Assembly: GCF_001194135.2 (NCBI RefSeq) | Contig: NC_068994.1 | Location: 48,688,237 to 48,748,528 of the forward strand | Origin: Octopus bimaculoides | Taxonomy: Eukaryota | DNA: 60,292 nucleotides | Reading direction: 5' to 3' | In this document: piece after piece, positions 49,165 to 60,292 of the stretch | How positions within the stretch are numbered: position 1 is the first letter of the stretch | How the letters are laid out: the number at the start of each line of letters is the position of its first letter | Position numbers and translations under genes: made by a program | Notes under the pieces: model-generated | Told to the model about the DNA's origin: nothing | The model's input: only the letters and a program-made list of their open reading frames with translations | The model's database searches: none

Positions 49165-49960
49165 TAGGGTGCATAAAATATTTGAGGACAGATTTATGTT
49201 TATAAAAAACATATATAATAACAATAATTTTATCAAAAAATACTATGAGGATAAAAATAAACCTTCTTTTCTATAAAGTTATTCAATAAAGCCACCTTCA
49301 ACTTCAACAACCGCTTCTATATGAGATCTAAATCATCTTCATGCTCGAACCAAGTGGTCTTGGTTCATTTTGGACATTACTCTGACTATGGCAGCTTTCA
49401 AAGAATCTTTGGTGTTATGAGCGTGTTCATTGATCTCTCTCTCTCTCAAAATAGTCCAATGGATTGAGATCTGGGGAATTAGAAGGCCAAATGTTAGGAG
49501 TTATGTAATCATGAAAATTTTCACCCATCCATTCCTGTGTTGCTAGAGCCATGTGTGATAGTGCAGAGTCTTCCTGAAACACATATGGCCTTCAATTGCA
49601 TACACTGTCTATCCAGAGCTTAATTATTTCCAGGACCTCAATGTAGGCAGTAGAGTTAACTCTAAGGCCTTGTGGAAAGAAGAAAGGAGGTATCACATGT
49701 CCTTCATTGCTGACAACCCCTAAAACCATGACAGGTTCAGGAAATTTTGTATGGATAACACTTGGAACTTCAGAAAGGTCTGCACATAACCATCTGTTAT
49801 TTCTTCTGTTAACTTTTTGATCTTCGTCGAAGTTGTTCTCGTTTGAGAAAAATCAAATCAAATCTTCTGCTGCTGTATTTTTCAGTTTGTTTAAGAGCCT
49901 TTTAGATCTGATGTAGTGATTTTCTTTTGCATTTTCTGACAAATTGACCTTTCCTCATCA
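49165..49960 (-). mobile_element. maT-family (DD37D) Tc1/mariner transposase relic
   Basis: Minus frame reads RPYVFQEDSALSHMALATQEWMGENFHDYITPNIWPSNSPDLNPLDYF, with exactly 37 residues between the second and third Asp; upstream ...KFPEPVMVLGVVSNEGHVIPPFFFPQGLRVN...; stops and frameshifts elsewhere. Confidence 0.85.
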
Positions 49961-50219
49961 TATATGATTGGTTTGTTTACATTTCTGTAACATAGCGTTC
50001 CGAATCAAGAAACTGGCAGAATAAATACCAGACTTAAAAAAATAAATGCTGGGGCCGATTTGTTCGACTATTTCTTTCAAAGCGGTGCCCCAGCATGGCC
50101 AAAATTGAATGAGCGAAACGAACAAAAGACATGTAAAATAAAACTAAACTATTCACTTCTCTTCAAATGATGTTGGCATCTTGTTATCATCATCTGTTAG
50201 TCTGCTACAGATGATGATG

Positions 50220-50251
<32 letters not shown>

Positions 50252-50569
50252 AACACACCAGTGAAGTGGGTATAGGGATATTTTGGGGTAATGGTTTTGT
50301 GGGTCAATAATAATAATAATAATAATAATAACGATAATAATAATAATAATAATAATAATAGTAATAATGATTTCTTTTATTTGCCACCAGGGCGAAAGAT
50401 AAGGGACACGATACAAAGACAGGGGTTAAGAATCCCTGCTGTAGACGTTTCATCTGCCTTTTGTTTCCATTGTACTGATTTACCAGAACAGCAGCAAAAG
50501 CCGAAGTAATTGGAACGCTGCGGCTGAACAGGTAGGTACACCGATGCAGGTGATAGCAAAGGCACACAC

Positions 50570-50957
50570 AGCAATGGCGTCAACAGCAGCAGCAGCTGTA
50601 GTGGCGGCGGCGACGGTGGTGGTGGTGGTGGTGGTGGTCGTGGCGATGATGGTGGAGATGGTGGCAGCAGTAGGATTAGTAGTAGAAACAGCGTAACGGT
50701 AGTTGTAGCAGCAGTTGCAGTAGTAGTAGTGATGGTAATAGCAGCAGCAGCAGTAGTAGTAATAGCAACAACAACACTAGTAGTAGTAGTAGTAGTAGTA
50801 GTAACTGTAACAGTACAGAAGTAACATTGGCAGTAGCAGTAATAGCAGTACTTGCACAGCAGCAGTAACACCCAAGATCATCGGCAGCAGCAGTAGTAGT
50901 ATTCGCAACAGCAGCGGCAGCAGTTATAGCAGCTCTCAACAACTGCATCAGCAGCAA

Positions 50958-51009
<52 letters not shown>

Positions 51010-51320
51010 TGCAACAGTAAAGAAGCAGCATCAGCAGTAGTTGTAATAGCAGTACTGGCACAGCAGCAGCAGCAGTAGTAGTAGTAGTAGTAGTAATAGC
51101 AGTACTGGCACAACAGTAGTAGTAGTAATAGTAGTAGTAGTAAGTAGCAGCAGCAGTACTGGCACAACAGTAGTAAGAGTAGTAGTAGCAGCAGCTAGCA
51201 GCTCTTCACAACTGCATCAGCAGCAGTAGTAGTAGTAGTAGTAGTAGTATGGAGTAATGACAGCAGCAGCAGCGGTAGCAATCTCAACAGCAGCAGCTCT
51301 CAGCAACAGCAGCAGCAGTT
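50570..51320. repeat. (AGT/AGC)n compound array with higher-order repeat gtaatagcagtact(g/t)gcac
   Basis: The higher-order motif recurs 3-4 times; aactgcatcagcagca recurs twice. Confidence 0.85.
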
Positions 51321-52139
51321 ATTACCAAACCTTGCCACCAGTCTCACATCTCATCCACACCGAGATGGTGTGATACAGATTCTCTTGGTTTGATCCATTT
51401 ACTGACGCGTTGGAGAGGATATCTTTGGAGAACGTCCTCGTTGCTTGGCCGTAGGTCAGGTTTGATCCTGTGGACGTATATTCAAAGACATTCCACCACC
51501 CCCTATTTTTTGTTTGCTTGTTCGGGCATGGTATATCTAGGATTGCATTATTCCTTGACCACGAGTCCGCTGCCCTAACCACTGGGCCATTGCGCCTCCT
51601 GGTGATACTAAATACACTACTCAACAAAATAATAATAATAATAATAATAAATAAATAAATAAATGATTGTCACGGCCGGCACCCTTTCTCCTAATATATT
51701 TGCTCAAGCAGGACTGACTTGAGGACAGTTAAATATCAACGAGACAGATCCTTAAACATTAGAGAGAGGAAGTTGAATCACAAGACTATTGTGTAGATTG
51801 GTAGATAAACTGGTTTAGAAAGAGGACAGATGAATAATAAGATCGCACCAACAACCACACACTTGAGATTTTCTGGAACTGGAAAGTTCTGTTTCCGCTG
51901 TGCTTTATTTTATTTTATTCTATTTCATTTTCAACAGAAAAAAACTTTCTGATTCACTATTGAAAAGGTTGCAAGAAGCAACGGAAATTTTTGGAAAATA
52001 AAAATAAGAAATAAGTGGAAATTTTATCGGTGAGTGTGTTAAATTGTAAGGCACAAAAAGAAAATGGCTCTCTCTCCAGACGCAACAGTGTAGGCTTTGA
52101 GTTCAAACCTAAACTTAAGCAAGATGTCCACCAAACACA

Positions 52140-53200
52140 GTATCGCTGCTATAAATTTATGTATTGTGTATATAGTGAGTGCATAATGACAGTGTCACCA
52201 ATTGTAGTCACCATAGAAACCTATTTATACAGTGTCATTGCTTTCTTTTATACAGTGTCACTGTTTATAGTATTACTGTCACAAACTAGATATATATATA
52301 GACAATTTCAGACTATATAGTAACACTGTACTATAACCAATTATACAGTGCCACTGCTGTCGTTTATATAGTGCCATTCTACCATTTATAGTATAGTCAC
52401 TGTTTATAAAGTGCTACGTTTACCATTTATATAGAGTCACTATCATTACTTTAATGTTACTACCATCAGTTATATATGGTGTCTGTAACCAGCTTCTTTT
52501 GTGTAAATGGTGGCATAGCGTAGATTGCCAGCGCCGAGGAAAAGGCATACATTGCGCTTCCTAACCGTTAATACAACTATTTTTTTCTTTTCGAAATTGG
52601 TCGCCTAGGGCAACAGTCCCTGTGACTCCACTTGCACCACGTCACCAACTGTAATCGCAATCAATTATATAGTGTCAATTGCCACCATTTATATAGCGAC
52701 GGTCACCAATTATAGTGTCATTGATACCTGTACGGTGTTCAATGCCACCAACAGTCATATAGTGTCACCTACTACCAATTATATAGAGACAGTTTCTAAT
52801 TATTTAGTGCTGCTGTCACCATAACGTCTTGTCATCAATTATACAGTGATGATGTATGATTAATGACTGTACCGTGGTACAGTCACTAATTATACAGCAG
52901 CGACACTAATTCAAGTACAGAGTTATGCAATCACGAATTAAGTCAGCCACTATTTTTATAGCCCTCATTGCTACTAGCAAGAAAGAATCTCGCTATCAAC
53001 GAATTATATAGTAACGATATCGGTAATTATAATGTCAGCTACCACTTATATAGCCCTCGTTGCCAACAGTTATAGATAAAGAACTTTTCTGTTAACTAAT
53101 TATATAGTGACTATCACTAATTATTCAACGAGTTTCCAATTAAGCAGTGATACTGTTACAATTATACAGTAAAAACGTCGCTAATTATGAAGTGTCACAG
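52140..53200 (+). repeat. Old degenerate ~24-bp minisatellite (ttatatagtgtcactgttaccaa-like) interrupted by a unique island at ~52490-52650
   Basis: Core ttata(t/c)agtg(t/c)ca recurs throughout the interval. Confidence 0.75.
52600..52614. promoter_or_regulatory. RFX X-box-like motif GTCGCC-TAG-GGCAAC
   Basis: Fits GTYRCY-N(0-3)-RGYAAC; sits in a ~150-bp unique CpG-containing island with ACGTCA nearby. Confidence 0.4.
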
Positions 53201-53584
53201 ATGGACCGCGCTCTCCCTCCCGCTCACTCTTTCTTCCAGCGCATTGAGCACATAAGCGAAACACGAAGCATCAGTTACAATACCATGTTTAAAATAAGAA
53301 TTATCATTATCATTATTTTTAACATTAGCACAAGATTACAACCCTGTAGTATGCCACACGTACAAACTTTGCCGCACCAGTGACGGAGCCTCGAACTGAA
53401 AAGGATCTTGACCTTTTCAAGGTCCTAGACCTACAAGCGATTCCCCAATGTGTCCCCACACCATCTTCGCAAGACTGACAGGATTATTTTCTTTACCTAG
53501 TCCTCTAAGGTGCCAATAATTTGGATTTTCAATATGGATAACCAGAAACAAAACAGGTGGAAAAAATCCCATAAAGTTTTTGTT

Positions 53585-55332
53585 CTACTGGAAACACAAA
53601 GCCTCAAATTTGGGGGAAGGGATTAAGTCGATTACATCGACCCTAGTGTGTAACTGGTACTTATTTTAATGACCCTGAAAGGATGAAAGGCTAAGTCGAT
53701 CTCAGCGTGCTAACGATTCTGCCAGCTCGCCGCCTTAATAATAATGATGATAAAGATGATGATAAAGATGATAATAATGATGATGATAATAATAATGGTG
53801 ATGATAATGATGAGGATAATGATGATGATGATGATAATGATGATGATAATGATGGTAATAATGATGATAATGATGATGATGATGATAATGATGATGATGA
53901 TGATGATGATAATGATGATGATGATGATAATGATGATGATAATGATAATGATGATGATGATGATGATAATGATGATGATAATGATGATAATGATGATGAT
54001 GATGATGATGATGATAATGATGATGATGATGATAATGATGATGATAATGATGATGATGAGGATAATGATGATGATAATGATGATGATGATGATAATGATG
54101 ATGATAATGATGATGATAATGAGGATAATGATGATGATAATGATGATGATAATGAGGATAATGATGATGATAATGATGATAATGAGGATAATGATGATGA
54201 TAATGATGATGATAATGAGGATAATGATGATGATAATGATGGTAATAATGAGGATAATGATGATGATAATGATGGTAATAATGATGATAAAGATGATGAT
54301 AATGATGATGATAATGATGATGATAATGATGGACTCTACCATCGAAGACGGCGTATGAGCGTTCAGTTTTTGCCGAACGACCTGCACAAATGATTTGTTT
54401 ATAGTGATCAAATGTACGTGGCTCACTCCTGCCATCAAATCGAGGTTGTCTGAACAGGTGCACGGTGTACCACGCGCCAGGTGTGGAAGTAATCACAGAG
54501 CAACGTGAGATGAATAACAATCATAATCCTTTCTACTATAGGCACAAGGTCTGAAATTTGGGGGAGGAGATTAGTCGATTACATCGACCCCCAATACTCA
54601 ACTGGTACTTATTTTATCGACCCCGGAAGGATGAAAGGCAAAGTCAACTTCGGTGGAATTTGAACTCGGAACGTTAAAAACGGACGAAATGCTGTTAAGC
54701 ATTTTGCCCTCCGTGCTAACCATTCTGCCAGCTCGCCGCTTAAAATAGTAATAATCCTTTCTACAGTTGGTACAAGGCCTGAAATTTGGGAAGGGGGTCA
54801 GTCGATCACATCGACTGACCCCCAGCACTTGACTGGTACTTAATTTATCGACCCTGAAAGGTTGAAAGTCAAAGTCGACCTGAGTGAAATTTGAACTCAG
54901 AACGTAAAGACGGACGAAATACCACTAAGCATTTTCCTCGGCGTGCTAACGATTCTGTCAGCTCGCTGCTTTAGATAATAATAATAATAATAATAATAAT
55001 TCAGAGTCCTGGGTGCCATTACTCCAGCCTTGGCTTCCATATTCCCATGACCTGTGGTTACCCCATGGTTAAGAATACCCTGCTTAAGGTTGTTCCTTGA
55101 TCTGCTAGAAATGGCAGCCAAATCTCTTCGAAACCACTCTACTGCAAATCCCCAAACACACGCAAATAAAGAAAAAGGGATGCAGGCATCAGATAGTATT
55201 GTTTAGTATGCCTTTGATATGTAGAATGGTCTTTTACACGGGTGAGGGCTAGATGAGCATAAAAGATTCAACAACGCACCAACAACTTCACAGTCCTAGA
55301 AGGATGAGACTTGGACTCACAATACAGAGAGT

Positions 55333-55400
<68 letters not shown>

Positions 55401-56628
55401 GAGATAGAGAGAGAGAGAGAGAAAGTAAATTCTGCAAAACATTTAATTTTGCTCTGCCCCACTTTTTTTTTTCTGCAGTTATCCCACGAATATAACAATA
55501 GGCATCAGCAGCTGTAGCAGCAGCAGCAGCAGTTGTAACCGTGATGGTGTTTTCTAAGGCACAAGGTGAAAGGGTCAGCAGCATAGTCGATTGTATCGAC
55601 CTCCAATACTCTAGTGGTAATTATTTTATTGATCCAGAAGAGATTATAAGCAAAGTCGAGCTATCGCTATAAACGCGATTTCTTAATTATTAGGATTAAG
55701 GTCTTCTTCTACTCTGTGGTGCGCAGCATCACTGCCGCCACAGCCACTGCAACTACCATCACCATCGCCATGACCTTCTGGTGCCTCAAATTTGACTTGC
55801 CGTCAATCAAATATATCTCCATATATGATTTAGTATTTATTTAATCGGTCCCAGAGAGATAAAGGCCAAATAATAATTTAGATAAAACTTCATCCCAGAT
55901 ATAACTCAAAAACTACAGGTACCTGCAAATCCTGCAATTTATCCCGAGGAGGTTTTCAAATATTATTTTCTAATTTAGGCACAAGGCTAGCGTTTTTGAG
56001 GGATTTAATCAACTCCAATTATTAACTGGTGTTTATTTTATCAACCCAGAAAGGATGAAAGTGAAAGCTGACCTCCGCACGATTTGAAATCAGAACGTAA
56101 AAGAGCCAGAAGAAATACTGCAAGACATTTTGTCCGAAATTCCATCGATTCTGCCAGCTCACCACCCTCAGGTTCTGAAATATTCCTTTCTACTATAGGC
56201 ACAAGGCCTGAAATTCTGGTGGATGAGTTTAGTCGATTACATCGGTCCCAGTGCTCAACTGGTACTTACTTCATCGACCCCGAAAGGATGAAAGGCAAAG
56301 TCGGCCTTGGCGGAATTTGAACTCAGAAAGTAAAGAACGAAATGTCGCTAAGCATTATGCCCGGCGTGCTAATGATTCTGCCAGCTCGCCGCCTTCAGGT
56401 TCTTAAATATTGATTTCCCATTTTAGTACAAGGCCAGCAATTTCGTGGGGTGGCGGTAAGCCGGTTACATCGACCCCAGTGCTCAACTGGTACTTCTTTT
56501 ATCGACTCCGAAAGGTCGAAAGGCTAAATCGATCTCGGCGGAATTTGAACGCAGAACACAACGACGAACGAAATAAAGCTAAACATTTTGTCCAGTGTGC
56601 TAAAGATTCTGCTAGCTCACCGCCTTCA
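53585..56628 (-). mobile_element. Stack of at least 6 co-oriented family A SINEs (approx. 53585-53737, 54525-54742, 54755-54972, 55960-56170, 56180-56397, 56415-56628)
   Basis: Each repeats cacaaggcctgaaattt...tcgattacatcgacccc...ctggtact...ctgccagctcgccgcc with CpGs retained. Confidence 0.85.
53740..54330. repeat. ~590-bp (GAT/AAT)n trinucleotide array
   Basis: Direct reading; gives four overlapping low-complexity ORFs (D/N, M/I, I, H/Y). Confidence 0.95.
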
Positions 56629-58003
56629 GCTTCATAAATATTAAAATCAATGAATGCTAGATAACAATTTTATTTGCTTTGGGAGGTGTCGTTCAAACCT
56701 GTCTAACGCAAACCACTGGCAATGGATTGCCTACTCTTCTAACTGCAACAAGAAACGATAACAACAATTGTTTTTTTTTAATTTGCCACAAGGACGACAG
56801 AAGAGGGGACATTTCAAGGACAAATTAAAAAAAATGTGGGGGGCTTATGCAGAACTGGGTATGAAGAAAGAAGCATGAGAAAGCATTATCATTAAAGATT
56901 TCTGATAAAAGCATGCAATGCTTAAAATGTCTGTTGATTTATTTTATCAAGCCTTGAGGGATAAAAGGCAAAGACGACCTTGAATGCGTAACTTAATACT
57001 GGGAGGTATTTTGTTTGATTAATGATTAACGATGTCTTTTTATGACTAAACACATATATTGTATGTTTCCAAGGAAAACTGGCAGTGAGATATTCGTACC
57101 TTTCCCAAAGACACTGAAAGTGAAATGGCTTCACAAAGGAGTTGGAACAACTTTTAAATGACAAGAAACCGAAACCTTTCCCACCACCAACAATATTTTC
57201 GCCGAAAACATCGTATTATTCTTTTATGCACGCGTTTGTGTAGGGGCGCCTTATGAAGTTGCTCGAGAGTTTCTGAAAATAGTAGTCAAGAACCACATCA
57301 GAGCAGATCCCACTGTCTTAAATGATACATTTGATAATAGTATAGCCTCTGGTCATTGTTGGAACGATTTTTGACCACAGATCTGCTCGATCAGAGCTGA
57401 CTCGGAGCCAAACTATAATTTAGTATACAGGCTGATGACCAGCTTGCACACGACAAGAACAATTTTACATTCCGTGAACACACACACACACACACACGCA
57501 CACGCACACACGACGGTGGTGTTTCAAATTATTGACAGCAAGCAATAGCGTGCGTGCAACTATCTACAATACTGGGCTGAAGTTAGCTGAGAAACTAAGA
57601 AATTACTCTGACTAATCTATTGATTTCAAGTCACTGTACTGCAATGTCTATAATGCCAATTGCGAATTGGTACAAGTGGTCCTGGCATATATTATACACT
57701 TTTATAAAGTCATTGACTGATTACCTAGGGCTACAGACGTAGAAGAGTTTTCTCAAAATAGTAATACTTAATGTCTCATAAAGTGTTGCAACATCGTATT
57801 ATTCTTTTACTTGTTTCAGTCATTTGACTGCGGCCATGCTGGAGTACCGCTTCTAGTCGAGCAAATCGACCCCAGGACTTATTTTTCGTAAGCCTAGTAC
57901 TTATTCTATCGATGTCTTTTGCCGAAGCGCTATGTTACGGGGACGTAAACACACCTGCATCGGTTGTTAAGCGATGTTGGGGGACAATCACACATACACA
58001 CAC

Positions 58004-58052
<49 letters not shown>

Positions 58053-59388
58053 ATGTATATATACGACGGGCTACTTTCAGTTTCCGTCTACCAAATCCAT
58101 TCACAAGGCTTTGGTCGGCACGAGGCTATAGTAGAAGACACTTGCCCAAGGTGTCACGCAGTGGGACTGAACCCGAAACCATGTGGTGGGTGTAAGCAAG
58201 CTACTTACCACACAGCCACTCCTACGCCTCCACACAGTCACTCATTTATTTGTTTTTTTTATTTTTTCAACCTTTACTGGTTTCAGTCATTGGATAGCAG
58301 CCAGTTTTTGGCGTATCCCTAACCACCAGGTGTGCGTATTCTTTACCTTCGCCGAGATACGCAAGTGTTTCTCTTTATTGTTAAGGGTTGTGTGTTGGCT
58401 AGTTGTTTATCATGGTTCTTTATTATAGTTTCCAGTCGGTTTTTATTGTTAGATAACACTTTCTTACATATGCTATCGAACGAAATATCTTTCATCTTTT
58501 CTGTAAGGATTGCTACAATAACTTTCATCATTCCTGAATCGATAAAATGAAATATCAGTCAAGTACTGAGGTAGGTTTAACACTTTCATAGTGCTTCATA
58601 AATGAATATGGGGTTATGTATAATACAAAGAAGAACTTGCGATATTTACGTGCAGCTACAATTCTGTGACTCCGCGTTTATATTCCTTCAAATTTTGCTA
58701 AGCTTTTCATCTATTCGGAGGTCGATAAAATAAGCACCAGCGATATCCGTGGGTTGATTTATTTGGCTATACAGTCTTTACTCACAAATTGCACAACGGT
58801 TAGAACAGAAATAACCATTCTATCTAATTTTGAAGATATCGACTCTAGAACTTTACTGGTACTTATGTTACTGGCCCTGAAAGGTTTAAATGCAGAGTCG
58901 ACCTCGGCGAAAGAGACGGAGGAAAGGTTGCTAAGTGTTCGGCGCAGCAACGATTCTTGATTTTTTTTATTGGCCACTAGAGGCCAACATAGAGGGGCCA
59001 ACACAATTTGATTTTGGGGTCAGATACAAACAAATGGTATAGCATTAAGGTGATATTAAAAATTCAATACAAAATATAAATACGAATGATAAATACAACA
59101 AAAGATAAAACAGATGGAGTGATGGTTAAGCTCCTGAACCCACGAGCCCCAATCCATAACTGATACTGGTGGTAGACCTTAATTCCCGACACCAAATAAT
59201 TCTTTCCACTATATGCACAAGACATGAAATTTTATGGGGTATGGCCAGTCGATTACGTCGACCCAGTGCTTAAACTGGTATCTATTTTATCACCCCTAAA
59301 AAGATGAAAAACTAAGTCGATCTCGGCAGCTGAATTTGAACTCAGAACGTAAAGAGATGAAGACATACCACTAAGCATTTGTCGGCAG

Positions 59389-59467
59389 AGGTAAAGAATT
59401 CGCACACCACCCGATTTCGGCGTAAACCCTAACCACCAAAAACGGGTGGTGTGCGTATTCTTTACCT
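59389..59467. repeat. 79-bp inverted repeat (24-25-bp arms, 1 mismatch) next to a truncated SINE
   Basis: ggtaaagaattcgcacaccacccg ... cgggtggtgtgcgtattctttacc; partial homologue at 58305-58353. Confidence 0.85.
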
Positions 59468-59841
59468 TCGCCCATTCTGTCATACGTGTTCGCCGCCCTT
59501 AACCCACGAAAACATTTAAAGATTTTAATTTTTGACACAAGGCCAGCAAAGTCTTTGACGAGAGAGGGAGTCAATCACATAGACCCAATGCTTGACTGGT
59601 AGTTATTTTATCGATTTCGAAAGGATGAAAGATAGAGTCGACTTCGGCGACATTTGAATTCTGAACTCCCAAGAAATAAAAAAATTAAAAAAATTCAAAG
59701 ACAATGATAATAGTTTTCTAGCGTATGCTCATACGAGTAGATCCCAGAATTTCACTGGAACTATTCAAAAAGAAAAAAAAAAAAAAAAAATCCACCTCAT
59801 TGGAAGGCAGAANNNNNNNNNNCAGAAACAGTAAAACGCCA

Positions 59842-59876
<35 letters not shown>

Positions 59877-60292
59877 AAGCAATGCGATAGTTACAAACCT
59901 TCTGAGTTCAAATCCTTTCAAGATCAACTAAATCCAACACCCGTCAGAGTTTTCGTTCTTGTGCCAATGTTCAAATCCATTGTATTAGTTCTCTTTCCTT
60001 TTTTTTCCCCAATATGTTTTCATTAATAATTGTGGATCGATATATTGGTGTATACCCAAGCTTTTGGTGCAATGTCTTTTTCCATAGATTGGAATTTTAT
60101 GTACAGCCGATCATTTAAAAGCTGGTTTTAGTGTTATTCATAGACACCAAGGATATACGGAATAAGACGCAACAGGAATTATAAGTAGTGTTGTTGAGGT
60201 GGGTTAAATTTTGATTTTCATTTCAGAGGGACGCGATAAACAAAATTAGATACGTTTTGTGAAGTATGAAATCCAACGCTTCTCTTTGTAAC

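Noticed and set aside
53707-54520. 200-260-aa D/N-, I-, M- and H/Y-rich ORFs
   Set aside because: Overlapping frames of one trinucleotide array; no splice signals or coding complexity.

Overview
Eukaryotic, repeat-saturated genomic DNA with seven N-gaps. The SINE/MITE families and (AT)n/(CA)n/(GAT)n density look like an octopus (coleoid cephalopod) assembly; this is inferred from recalled repeat families, not verified. The six-frame ORF track is almost all microsatellite, gap or TE artefact. The main real feature is not visible in that track: a minus-strand, 11-coding-exon allantoicase-family (ALLC-like) gene at 21494->9361, which I spliced by hand. All 10 introns are GT-AG, all phases are compatible, and the CDS is 1104 nt (367 aa + stop). 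The frame is intact, but the signature motifs of both allantoicase repeats (DGWETxRR, PDGG, FxGN) are eroded, and the protein ends in a PTS1-like -CRL, suggesting a peroxisomal pseudo-enzyme. SINE copies are CpG-decayed left of ~37.6 kb and CpG-intact to the right, which points to a promoter near 38.1-38.3 kb, possibly bidirectional. The right half holds an unexplained GC-rich multi-hairpin block preceded by a 51-bp palindrome (41.0-41.4 kb), an RFX X-box island inside a degenerate minisatellite, and relics of pogo, mariner, maT (DD37D), RTE, hAT, piggyBac-like and Helitron-like elements.
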